From: a virus
Virus record (IMG/VR): IMGVR_UViG_3300045988_183134
Coordinates: 64,001-128,000 of that record
Direction: 5' to 3' (one strand)
DNA length: 64,000 nucleotides
Part shown: positions 52,902-61,404 of the stretch, piece by piece
How the letters are laid out: every line of letters starts with the position of its first letter
Position numbering within the stretch: position 1 is the first letter of the stretch
Position numbers and translations under genes: made by a program
The notes under the pieces: model-generated
Databases searched by the model: none
What the model was told of the DNA's origin: nothing
The model's input: the letters and a program-made list of their open reading frames with translations, nothing else

Positions 52902-52943
52902 GGGCAATTCCTCCCACGACTAAAGTCGCGGGTCTCCTTGCCC
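52902..52943 (+). repeat. compact variant of the same hairpin element
   Basis: GGGCAA-TTCCTCCCACGACT-aa-AGTCGCGGGTCTCC-TTGCCC, preceded by AAAGGA and followed 6 nt later by ATG 52950. Confidence 0.5.
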
Positions 52944-52949
52944 TGATTT

Positions 52950-53918
52950 ATGAAAGCTGAAATTAAATTTGCAAACACAAGCAATGGACCCAAAGCCTTT
53001 GTCAAGACTTTTGACGATGATTGGACTCCTATGAGCACGCCGCTCAAGGCATACAAAAAAGACATGCGCAGTATCAAGCCTGCAGGTAACTACGAAGAAG
53101 GAAAGGACTACATGGTAGCCGTCAGCCCTTGGGTTCTTGAAGCATTTCTGAAAGCCAATCAGATTGATTATGTTCAGCTGATTCGCGGCCAGGACCTCAA
53201 GAATCCGCCCGTTGGCAGCATTCGGTATGCGAACGAGAAGGAAGTCGTCTGGTACGAGTATTCTTCCGCAACCACCACACGCCGCTGCACGGACTTGTCC
53301 CGCGCAAAAAGCTTTGTTCAGGAATGGGTCAATCTTGATTGTCCTACACTCAAACGCTTTAGCACGAATCAGAAAGTGCTTTCCGTGAACGGCTTTGGCG
53401 CTGCGGTTCCGCTGTTTGAAAGCCCGCTGGTCGATACCTCCTATGTCGATACTGTCATCGCAGACGATATTGAAGACAAGGAAATCGAAGGACTACGCAA
53501 GCATCTGAACCCGGATGGCGTAATCTCGCAGCTGCTGAACAATGTTCAGAAAGCGAGAGCCGAGAAGGGAATCGATGAAGTGGAAAGCCGCGTCAAGCAG
53601 GTCGAAACCCAGATTCGCCTTTTCCTGCGCACTCCGGAAATCGAAAACAAAATCAAAGACATCGAAACTGCTCATCTCAATGAGGAGGGCGGCTTTGACT
53701 GTGGTTTCATTTTCTGGTATCCGAAAGCTGATTCTCAGCTCGAAAAGGACATGAGCCTGCTGGTCGGTGCCAACAGGCGCAAGCTGAGCTGGCTCGATAT
53801 TGCGGTTCCGACTTTCAGCCAGAGCGTTAATGTTCAGAGATACGGCGCAGAGCTTGTCAAGAAACTCGCAAAAGAGCGTCTTGGCATTGAACTCTATTAT
53901 CATTCGGAGCTCGACTAA
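52950..53918 (+). CDS. hypothetical protein (322 aa)
   Basis: Long ORF with no adjacent SD (see the hairpin finding). Confidence 0.55.
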   Translation: MKAEIKFANTSNGPKAFVKTFDDDWTPMSTPLKAYKKDMRSIKPAGNYEEGKDYMVAVSPWVLEAFLKANQIDYVQLIRGQDLKNPPVGSIRYANEKEVVWYEYSSATTTRRCTDLSRAKSFVQEWVNLDCPTLKRFSTNQKVLSVNGFGAAVPLFESPLVDTSYVDTVIADDIEDKEIEGLRKHLNPDGVISQLLNNVQKARAEKGIDEVESRVKQVETQIRLFLRTPEIENKIKDIETAHLNEEGGFDCGFIFWYPKADSQLEKDMSLLVGANRRKLSWLDIAVPTFSQSVNVQRYGAELVKKLAKERLGIELYYHSELD

Positions 53919-53919
53919 T

Positions 53920-54600
53920 ATGCCTGACATGAGAATTTCATTGATGAAAGGGGAGACAATCCCCAGAGATATCAAGGGCCGCAGAATCATTTGCTGCTTT
54001 TGCAATGACAAGGGGACTTGGGATACCAAGACTCTTGAGAAATTTGCAAAGAGATTCCCGAAAGCAAAAGAGTGGTACTTACATAAGCTGCCAGAACAGC
54101 TTCGGTATCCCGGTCAGGTTCTATTCTGTCCGGGCAATAACGAGAACACGATTGTGGCAATTATGATTTGCAGTACTGAAACCGCCGACAAGTACGGCTC
54201 GAAAATTCAGTTCCCGTATCTGTACGGGTGTCTCTTGCAGGCGATGGTCAAGGCCAAACAAGCTGAGGCTTCCGTCATCGTATCAAAGCTCGGAACCGAT
54301 ATGGTCGAATGGCAGTGGAGAAAACTTATTTGGATTCTGAACCATGCGGCGGAAATGAATGAAGGGGTAACGGCAATCGCAGTTTCACCCTATGATTTGT
54401 CTGATGTGTTCGTTGAACCCAAAAAGAAGAAGTCCACTTCCAGAAAGACGAAAGCCAAAAAAGATTTGGAAGATTCCGAAGAGACCGATAGCGAAAAGGA
54501 CAACTGGGATGGTCCTCAAGAAAACGGCAGAGACCAACAGCTCAGCATGCCTGATGAAAAAGAAGACAAGAAATATAGTAAATACGATAATTTGCGCTAA
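53920..54600 (+). CDS. hypothetical protein (226 aa), weak macro-domain-like pattern, charged C-terminal tail
   Basis: ATG lies 1 nt after the upstream stop. IICCFCNDKGTWD..FAKRFPKAKEWY..PGQVLF..IVAIMICST..VSKLGTDMVEWQW loosely follows macro-domain secondary-structure spacing, but the glycine-rich loop is not conserved. Confidence 0.45.
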   Translation: MPDMRISLMKGETIPRDIKGRRIICCFCNDKGTWDTKTLEKFAKRFPKAKEWYLHKLPEQLRYPGQVLFCPGNNENTIVAIMICSTETADKYGSKIQFPYLYGCLLQAMVKAKQAEASVIVSKLGTDMVEWQWRKLIWILNHAAEMNEGVTAIAVSPYDLSDVFVEPKKKKSTSRKTKAKKDLEDSEETDSEKDNWDGPQENGRDQQLSMPDEKEDKKYSKYDNLR

Positions 54601-54607
54601 CTTACGA

Positions 54608-54635
54608 GCTCCTGCAGCAATGCAGGGGCTTTTTT
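54608..54635 (+). terminator. intrinsic terminator
   Basis: CTCCTGCA-gcaa-TGCAGGGG followed by cT6. Confidence 0.7.
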
Positions 54636-54686
54636 GTTGTCTTTCTACAAAAATTTCATTTTTACAGTTTCGAGGCTCTTTTTTGC

Positions 54687-54714
54687 TTGCCTCACTGTGC
54701 GAATCAAAGATAAT
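54687..54714 (+). promoter_or_regulatory. heptamer-type promoter (TTGCCT-N4-GTGCGAA-N5-GATAAT)
   Basis: Standard spacing, upstream of the surface-protein module. Confidence 0.55.
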
Positions 54715-54771
54715 GAAGACAACAGCCTAAAAGTGGCACTAAAAAGTAGCAATCAAGAAAGAGGTTATAAC

Positions 54772-55608
54772 ATGGCAACTAAGTTTTATCTTGCCGAAAT
54801 TCCGGATGATTTTCCGGCAACCAACGTCAAATTTGAAAATATGACCAAGCCACTGTTGGCGATTCCGGCCAAGATGGTTGATGGGAAGCCGATTACGATT
54901 GTCGGCTACATCAATGCTGGCCAGAAAAAATACAAAGCAAACGATTACGGCTTTGTTGAGTTCAATGACAACGGGGCCGATTTTGCGCAGTTCAAAGACG
55001 CCAATATGGATACTCGGTATTCCGTGAGAGAAAAGGTTTCCGGTGATATTCTCGGATACCTGCCGCTTGAAACCGGGGAACTCGTTGGCATTGTGCGTGA
55101 GAAGGAAAAACCGATTCTTCTTCTGATTATCGCGGTGATTGCTGCTCTCGTGCTGCTCGTTGCCCTTATCACTGCAAGCCTTTATAAAATGGTGAACAAG
55201 CCCCTTGATGGCAGCGGCAGCGATGCCAGCTCCGCAAGCAGCGAAATCGTGATTGCTGACGGCGAAGCGTATGACGGGACGATGGACAACGGCAAAACCG
55301 ATTCCGAGGAGATGCGATTCATCGAATTCCCGGCATTCACGACCATCTATGTGAGCCCTGACAGTACCGTGGACCTGGTGAACCCGGAAAGCAACCATGT
55401 CTACTTCAAATATACGATTCTTGAGAACGATGAAGTGCTCTATGAATCCGATTACATTGCCCCAGGCCAGAAATACGCCTGGCAGGCATCGGATTACATT
55501 ACCGGGGCAGGAGAGCACGCTGTGGTGTTCTCGGTATCTACTGTCGGTGTAGATGACCAACAGCCGCGCAATGGCGCTGAGTTTGCGGTCACGGCCGTTG
55601 TATCTTAA
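54772..55608 (+). CDS. single-pass membrane protein (278 aa)
   Basis: AGAGG RBS before ATG 54772. Central TM helix (PILLLIIAVIAALVLLVALITASLY). Confidence 0.6.
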   Translation: MATKFYLAEIPDDFPATNVKFENMTKPLLAIPAKMVDGKPITIVGYINAGQKKYKANDYGFVEFNDNGADFAQFKDANMDTRYSVREKVSGDILGYLPLETGELVGIVREKEKPILLLIIAVIAALVLLVALITASLYKMVNKPLDGSGSDASSASSEIVIADGEAYDGTMDNGKTDSEEMRFIEFPAFTTIYVSPDSTVDLVNPESNHVYFKYTILENDEVLYESDYIAPGQKYAWQASDYITGAGEHAVVFSVSTVGVDDQQPRNGAEFAVTAVVS

Positions 55609-55746
55609 CTGGGCTGAATTGCGCGACAAGCGCATTTTGGTAAACTCGCAAGGGAGATAAATAGTAAAAGACAAGGGCTCGAATCAGCTGATGGCCTTGC
55701 ACATGGCTGATTTTGTGTCCGCAATCAACGAAGGAGGTTTCTGAAG

Positions 55747-56184
55747 ATGAAACTCGCCAAAGCTATGTCGATGGCCCTCGCTTGTGCGATGGCCGCGACT
55801 ATGTGTGCAACCTCCGCTTTTGCTGCAACTTCCGGCAGCACGAAGGTTAATGCCACTGTTACCCCGTCCTACACCCTGACCGTCCCTGAATCCATTACCC
55901 TGACCAACAACAAAGGCGGGAGTGGCACCTACACTGGTACGATTCCCGTCAACGTAAAGGGCGACATCGGTGAAGGTCAGTCCGTGACCGTTACTTCCAC
56001 TGCGCCTATCATGAAGTGCTCTGGTTCAAAGAACGTTACGGCTTCCTTTACCGGCACTCCTAAGAAGAGCTGGACCCGTATGGAGACTTCTGGTCAGGGC
56101 ACGACTGACAACTACGGTCTGTCTGCAGTCCTGACTCCTGGTGTTTGGGAAGGCACTGCTACCTTCTCCTGCGCTCTGGCATAA
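55747..56184 (+). CDS. secreted protein, paralog family member A (145 aa)
   Basis: Signal peptide ..SAFA/AT. Family motifs: SYTLTVPESITL, GSGTYTGTIPVNVKGD, PKKSWTRME, TPGVWEGTATFSCALA. Confidence 0.7.
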   Translation: MKLAKAMSMALACAMAATMCATSAFAATSGSTKVNATVTPSYTLTVPESITLTNNKGGSGTYTGTIPVNVKGDIGEGQSVTVTSTAPIMKCSGSKNVTASFTGTPKKSWTRMETSGQGTTDNYGLSAVLTPGVWEGTATFSCALA

Positions 56185-56229
56185 TCAATCCCCATAACGC
56201 AACTGGGGTATCCCGCACAAAACCGAAAA

Positions 56230-56268
56230 GCGGTCGGCCTCACAAGCAGGCTGGCCGCCTTTTCTTTT
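56230..56268 (+). terminator. intrinsic terminator
   Basis: GCGGTCGGCC-tcacaagca-GGCTGGCCGC followed by a T-rich run. Confidence 0.6.
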
Positions 56269-56286
56269 GAATACGGAGGTTTTACC

Positions 56287-56730
56287 ATGAAACTGAAAAA
56301 ACTTACAGCAGCGGCATTGAGCTTTGTAATGATGCTTGGCATCAATACAGCCCCCGCATTTGCCGCTACGAGTAAATCTGCATCTACCGCGATTACCGCA
56401 GAGGTCGGGTCTGGGTATACAGTCACTGTCCCTGAAAAAATCGCGCTGACCAGCACGACTACAGGAACCGGCACGTATACGGGTACGATTGCTGTCAACA
56501 TCAAGGGAGATGTAGCAGCCAATCAAACGGTAACGGTTGCGGCAACTGCGCCTACGATGAAAGATACAGCAGGAAACAGCGTTGCTGCTACATTTACGTC
56601 TACCCCCAAGACAAAATGGTCACGGACTGACATGCAGGGCAATGGCACCACCAGTAACTATGTTGTTTCTGCATCCCTCACCCCCGGCAGCTGGACCGGA
56701 ACCGCGACCTTTACCTGTACTTTGGCTTAA
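56287..56730 (+). CDS. secreted protein, paralog family member B (147 aa)
   Basis: Signal peptide ..PAFA/AT. GYTVTVPEKIAL, GTGTYTGTIAVNIKGD, PKTKWSRTD, TPGSWTGTATFTCTLA. Confidence 0.7.
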   Translation: MKLKKLTAAALSFVMMLGINTAPAFAATSKSASTAITAEVGSGYTVTVPEKIALTSTTTGTGTYTGTIAVNIKGDVAANQTVTVAATAPTMKDTAGNSVAATFTSTPKTKWSRTDMQGNGTTSNYVVSASLTPGSWTGTATFTCTLA

Positions 56731-56769
56731 ATCTTGGAATCATGCCGCTATGCAGAGGAGGGCATTATT

Positions 56770-57204
56770 ATGAAGACATCAAAGAAAGTTCTGGCAGCCC
56801 TTCTGGCGATTTGTCTCAATACCGGAACTGCTCTGGCCGAAGTGGATAAGACTGCGACAACGGCGCTTGTTGCCGATGTGACTTCCGGGTATACGATTAC
56901 GGTGCCGGAAACTGTTGCATTGTCGAAGAGTACGGACGGGTCCGGTACTTATACGGGTATAATCCCGGTAAATCTCAAAGGCAGCGTTGGCAGTAACGAA
57001 AAAGTGACGGTGACTACCACAGTGACCGATATGACCGATGCGTCTGGGACTAAGGCTCCCGTGACATTCACGGCAAAACCGAAAACGGTCTGGTCATACT
57101 CCGACTTGCTGAATGGCGGAACTACAAGCAATTATGTGGTTTCCGCGACACTGACAGCAGGCAGCTGGAAGGGTACAGCTACATTTTCCTGCACGATGTC
57201 ATAA
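56770..57204 (+). CDS. secreted protein, paralog family member C (144 aa)
   Basis: GAGGAGG RBS and signal peptide. GYTITVPETVAL, GSGTYTGIIPVNLKGS, PKTVWSYSD, TAGSWKGTATFSCTMS. Confidence 0.7.
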   Translation: MKTSKKVLAALLAICLNTGTALAEVDKTATTALVADVTSGYTITVPETVALSKSTDGSGTYTGIIPVNLKGSVGSNEKVTVTTTVTDMTDASGTKAPVTFTAKPKTVWSYSDLLNGGTTSNYVVSATLTAGSWKGTATFSCTMS

Positions 57205-57232
57205 TGCCAAATTCGAAAGGATGTGAAAATCT

Positions 57233-59653
57233 GTGAACATCAAAAAAGCGGCTGCGAGTTTTCTATTTATGATTTTTGCCATGGTATGTAATGTGTCCAT
57301 GGCATTTGCAAGCTGGGGTGGCATGGGCTACAAAAACTGCGTGCTGTGCGGCGCATTGGTAACGCCTATGCCTACATATGGTGGCACACAGAAGTACACT
57401 GAATTCTACAACTGTGAAGAAGTTGAGGGCCTAACATCGAGCACAACTCAACGATATGCCCTGAAAAATATGTACGTTGTCAGCAACGCAGATGGCGTTA
57501 TCTGCACAAATTGCGTTGAACGTATTATCAGCGAACACAAAGGCGGCACGGGCGGTGAAGTTGATGAATCAGTGTACATCATTACCGTTCCCGAATCAGT
57601 GACACTAAGCAATGAAAACGGTGGCACTGGAGATTATGCTAACACCGTTTCTATCAAGGCAACGGGCAAACTGCTGACAAACCAGAAAGTATTTTTTAAT
57701 ACCTCTGCTCCGACCATGCACCGCGACGGCAGCACCGATGTTGTCTGCACCGCCACTGCTACCACTGCAACAGAATGGGACGCAACTGCTGTAAAAGGGA
57801 AAACTGCACAAACCGATTATTCCGTGACTGCGCACCTCACTCCAGGCGAATGGACCGGCAATATGGTGTTTTACGCTTCGGTAGGAGATACCTATACAGT
57901 TGAGGTAGGAGACAATTCTGTATTGCTTTCTCCTGCTTATGAGGATAAAACTCATATTGTATTTGAATCCGATAACCCCTCCGTGGCTTCCATTAGTTCG
58001 GACGGCCATATTATCGCTTCGGCAATCGGAACTGCGAACATCACGAAGACCGCATATGACAGTACCGGGACTCGCGTCATCTATTCGTCCAAATACACCA
58101 TCAATGTCACGGCGCAGATGCCGTTGATGGATGTGAGCCGTCTTGCTTCTGTATTGACGACTCTTTCCTCTCAGGGAAAAAACATCACCGTTATTTCGTT
58201 CGGCAATTATACAGTTCCGGGCAATGCAACGACCTATGACGTATCCGGCCAGGGTGACAAATCGATTGTCGCGTATGTTCCGACCACGATGTATGGCGGC
58301 TGGTGGTGGGGCGTTCAGAATGGCACAGAGCTTCGAGTGACAGATACGAACCGTGATATGGTGGCGTTTGCTTCCGGTAACAGCGTTTGCTTCAAAAGCG
58401 GTGCGTCTGACACTTCTACGGTTTTTGACAATATCAAGACCATTAACTTTGATGCAGTTGACACGACTCGCGTGACATCCGCTGCTTACGCATTCTATAA
58501 CATGAAGTCACTAACTACAATTACTGGACTCAGCCGTTGGGATACCAGTAAAATCACGACGATGAACAGCATGTTCAAGGGATGCACAGGACTTAAAAGC
58601 CTTGATTTCAGCAGCTTTAACACCAAAAATGTCACGGATTTCTCCAGTATGATGTATGGATGCACGGGTCTTTCGAAAATCACGGTCGCGGATACTTTTG
58701 CGACAGCTTATCTCCCGACTCCGGGCTTTTCCACGGGCTTTACCTACGTGAGCAGCAAGATGGGTCTTACCATTGCCGGAAACCCTTCCAGCGCTTTGAG
58801 CAGCTATAATTTCACTTCCGATAACCGTACCGTGACATACGATACTTCTACCGCATCTGATGATGAGTCCGATAATGAATTTCCGAACGAGGATTCCGAC
58901 AGCACCGTGGCACCTGCGCCGACAGCTTCGATGAACGTTTCAAACCTGGCGCAGGCAATGACGCAGCTCAAGGAATCCGGGACTGAAATCAAGGCGATTT
59001 CCTTTGGCGGCTATCAGGTCCCGGAATCGGCCAAAGTATTTGATGTCTCTGGAATCGGCTCCAGTACAATTCTGGCTTTTGTAAAAGAAGGCGAGAACCG
59101 GCTCTACGTCACGAATTCGGCTGGCGGAACACTTGTCTTTGGTGAGGGAAACAGCATTTCTTTTGATGAAAATGAGGCATTTGCCGACATTGAAAACATC
59201 GAGTATCAGAACGTTGATACTTCGCAGGTGACTTCTGCGGCATCTGCTTTTTCCGGGATGAAGAAGCTCACCAGCATTGGTGGATTAGAGAACTGGAACA
59301 TGTCGAACATCACTACGATGAACAGGATGTGTTATCAGTGTGAGGCTTTGCAGTCTATTGCCGGGATGGAGAAGTGGGATACCTCGAAAGTAACTGATAT
59401 GAGTGAAGCTTTTGCCGGTTGTCTTTCTCTCTCGGATGCTTCGCCGACAGATGGCTGGGATACCAGCAGCGTGACGAACAAAGAGAACATGTTTGCTGGC
59501 GCACTGTGCGAAAAAGCACCGGAGATAGCCAATGATACAGAGAACACTGATACTGATGCGGATTCGTCTGAGGGAAATTCCGAGCAAGCTGAAAGCAAAG
59601 CAAAAAACAAAGAGGGTCAACAACCCCCGCCTAAACCGGTTCACCGGTTATAG
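57233..59653 (+). CDS. large surface protein (806 aa): signal peptide, CxxC..CxxC module, family domain, Big_2-like domain, two BspA/DUF285-type LRR blocks
   Basis: GTG start. CVLCGA..CTNCVE. YIITVPESVTL..TPGEWTGNMVFYASV. NPSVASISSDGHIIASAIGTANITK. Repeats such as LSRWDTSKITTMNSMFKGCTGLKSLD and LENWNMSNITTMNRMCYQCEAL. The last 10 codons (residues PPPKPVHRL and part of the preceding Q) and the stop lie in the IS-like hairpin 59625-59659. Confidence 0.7.
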   Translation: MNIKKAAASFLFMIFAMVCNVSMAFASWGGMGYKNCVLCGALVTPMPTYGGTQKYTEFYNCEEVEGLTSSTTQRYALKNMYVVSNADGVICTNCVERIISEHKGGTGGEVDESVYIITVPESVTLSNENGGTGDYANTVSIKATGKLLTNQKVFFNTSAPTMHRDGSTDVVCTATATTATEWDATAVKGKTAQTDYSVTAHLTPGEWTGNMVFYASVGDTYTVEVGDNSVLLSPAYEDKTHIVFESDNPSVASISSDGHIIASAIGTANITKTAYDSTGTRVIYSSKYTINVTAQMPLMDVSRLASVLTTLSSQGKNITVISFGNYTVPGNATTYDVSGQGDKSIVAYVPTTMYGGWWWGVQNGTELRVTDTNRDMVAFASGNSVCFKSGASDTSTVFDNIKTINFDAVDTTRVTSAAYAFYNMKSLTTITGLSRWDTSKITTMNSMFKGCTGLKSLDFSSFNTKNVTDFSSMMYGCTGLSKITVADTFATAYLPTPGFSTGFTYVSSKMGLTIAGNPSSALSSYNFTSDNRTVTYDTSTASDDESDNEFPNEDSDSTVAPAPTASMNVSNLAQAMTQLKESGTEIKAISFGGYQVPESAKVFDVSGIGSSTILAFVKEGENRLYVTNSAGGTLVFGEGNSISFDENEAFADIENIEYQNVDTSQVTSAASAFSGMKKLTSIGGLENWNMSNITTMNRMCYQCEALQSIAGMEKWDTSKVTDMSEAFAGCLSLSDASPTDGWDTSSVTNKENMFAGALCEKAPEIANDTENTDTDADSSEGNSEQAESKAKNKEGQQPPPKPVHRL

Positions 59654-59659
59654 ACGGGG

Positions 59660-59915
59660 CTTGCGGGGCAACCCGTAAGCCCGGTTGATTAGCCTAAGTC
59701 TGCTGCTCCAGCGGCAGGAAACTACGTTGTGTACTAATAATATAGGCACCTTACTCATGCTCCACAAGTGGTGAGCTCTGCGGATGTTTGTTAAAAATCT
59801 CTGAGGGTAGGAGACGTGCAAACATCATACCGAAAGGTAAAACAGTACAACAACATTGGCGATGTGGACCACGGGGCGCAAGCCCTGACTTATCGATTCA
59901 TTATTTACGAAAGGA
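59660..59915 (+). ncRNA. candidate IscB omega-RNA scaffold (boundaries approximate)
   Basis: Directly 5' of iscB-2. Helices: GGGCTTGCGGG-GCAA-CCCGTAAGCCC (59657-59682), CTGCTGC-tcca-GCGGCAG (59700-59717), GGGGC-GCAA-GCCCT (59873-59886). TTATCG..GAAAGGAG 3' end as in copy 1. Confidence 0.5.
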
Positions 59916-59924
59916 GTACCTTGC

Positions 59925-61295
59925 ATGAGCACTTGCGTTTGTGTTCTCAGCAACAGTGGTGAACGCTTAATGCCTACCATCCGTCTTGGCAAGGTACGCC
60001 GACTCTTGAAAGACGGAAAAGCAAAAATCGTCAAGCATCATCCTTTTACTATTCAACTGCTGTATGACAGCAAAACGAACACACAACCCATCGAAATCTG
60101 CGAAGACGTGGGCTACAACTACATCGGCATCAGCGTAAAAAGCGAATCCCACGAATATGTGTCTGCCCAGTATGATACATTACAGGATGAGAAAGCCTGC
60201 CACGACAGTTGTCGTAAGTTGCGCCGAACCCGCAGAAATAGACTGCGCTACCGTAAACCGCGCTTCGATAACCGCAAGCGCGGCGAAGGTTGGCTTGCAC
60301 CTTCTCTGGAACATAAGAAGCAGCTGAATATCCGTCTTATCGAACGGTATGTATCTGTAATCCCGATTACTCATGCAACGGTTGAAGTTGGTTCTTTTGA
60401 CACAATGTTGCTGCAAGCCATCCAGAAAGGCAAATCAAAACCGGAAGGTGTAGACTACCAGAAAGGTCCCCGCTACAACTTGGCAACTTTGCGTGAGGCA
60501 GTGTTCTACCGTGATAATTACACCTGCCAAGTTTTTGGACGCAAAATCGCGGATGGTGCCATTTTACATATGCACCACATGTTCTACTGGAAAGGAAGAC
60601 ACGGCTACCAGCTTGATGAGTTGGTTACAGCGTGTGAAAAATGCCACACGCCAGCAAATCATCAAAAAGGCGGCAAGCTCTTCGGTTTTGGCGAAGATAA
60701 AGAATTTGCCAATCTTTCAGGTGCAGCGTTTATGAACGCTGTTTGCTGGCAGATAGTAGATGCACTGCACGCCACATACGGTAAGGAATTTGTGACCATC
60801 ACTTATGGTGCGATGACAAAGGAAAAGCGAATCATTCTTGGCATAGAGAAAACCCACAACAACGATGCGTATGCAATGGGAGATTATCATCCGGTACATC
60901 GTTGCGTGTTTAGGCATTACCAAAAACGACGCAGAAACAATCGTGTGCTGGAAAAATTCTACGATGCCACTTATATCGACACCCGCACCGGTAACAAAGC
61001 AAAAGGTAAAGAACTTTTTAACGGCAGAATTAGCCGTAATCACAAAAAGAATTCTGAAGACCTGCACAAGTACCGCAGCAAAAAGGTGTCGAAGGGGCGT
61101 CGCTCTATAAGAAGACAGCGCTATGCAATTCAGCCATACGACACTGTGCGTCTCGAAAGTAAAACATACATTACAAGCGGGTGCCATAACAAAGGCACAA
61201 GACTTTTGATTCCTGCTAATGGGAAAAGTAAGTCCGTAGCAATTTCCAAAGTTCAAGTTGTTTGCCATGCGGGAGCATGGATACAAATCATTTAA
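59925..61295 (+). CDS. iscB: IscB-like nuclease (456 aa) with a divergent HNH insert
   Basis: ERLMPT (PLMP-like), RuvC-I ICEDVGYNYIG, Arg-rich LRRTRRNRLRYRKPRFDNRKR, RuvC-II ATVEVGSFD, RuvC-III HNNDAYAMG. The HNH region YTCQVFGRK..LHMHHMF..QLDELVTACEKCH lacks the first CxxC pair and the conserved Asn. Confidence 0.75.
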   Translation: MSTCVCVLSNSGERLMPTIRLGKVRRLLKDGKAKIVKHHPFTIQLLYDSKTNTQPIEICEDVGYNYIGISVKSESHEYVSAQYDTLQDEKACHDSCRKLRRTRRNRLRYRKPRFDNRKRGEGWLAPSLEHKKQLNIRLIERYVSVIPITHATVEVGSFDTMLLQAIQKGKSKPEGVDYQKGPRYNLATLREAVFYRDNYTCQVFGRKIADGAILHMHHMFYWKGRHGYQLDELVTACEKCHTPANHQKGGKLFGFGEDKEFANLSGAAFMNAVCWQIVDALHATYGKEFVTITYGAMTKEKRIILGIEKTHNNDAYAMGDYHPVHRCVFRHYQKRRRNNRVLEKFYDATYIDTRTGNKAKGKELFNGRISRNHKKNSEDLHKYRSKKVSKGRRSIRRQRYAIQPYDTVRLESKTYITSGCHNKGTRLLIPANGKSKSVAISKVQVVCHAGAWIQII

Positions 61296-61404
61296 ATGTT
61301 GAAAGGAGGTAAGCAGGAAATGCTGTATCTTAGTCTTTTCTAAGAAGCGCATTCCTCCCCACCTAAGCCTTACGGCTATAGATGGGGTGTCCTGCTCCAT
61401 AATT

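Larger units (their letters stand above)
59615..61400 (+). mobile_element. IS200/IS605-like IscB element (ends approximate)
   Basis: Same-orientation imperfect hairpins flank iscB: CCCCGCCTAAACCGG-ttca-CCGGTTATAGACGGGG (59625-59659) and CCCCACCTAAGCC-ttac-GGCTATAGATGGGG (61357-61387). No tnpA is present. Confidence 0.6.

Noticed and set aside
4972-54771. ORF-track N-terminal extensions (4972, 4176, 10076, 16182, 22027, 23460, 27572, 29938, 31107, 32496, 32965, 35816, 46273, 48010, 51253, 53800, 54634, 56734)
   Set aside because: The extensions run through terminator hairpins, promoters, module leaders or the preceding gene, and they lack RBSs. Internal ATG or GTG codons with AGGAGG-type RBSs were used instead.
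2035-59653. Genome-wide TAG reassignment (amber recoding, as reported for some gut phages)
   Set aside because: TAG is the natural stop of many well-delimited genes here: 4919, 6642, 21883, 32194, 32698, 34258, 35721, 46211 and 59653. Each is followed by terminators, promoters or new RBSs, so a general recoding is not supported. Only the local case at 2035-2164 is kept as a low-interest finding.
34460-61387. Bulged hairpins considered as integron attC sites
   Set aside because: There are no RYYYAAC/GTTRRRY core sites and no integrase. Two of the hairpins flank iscB and one flanks tnpB in the manner of IS200/IS605 ends.
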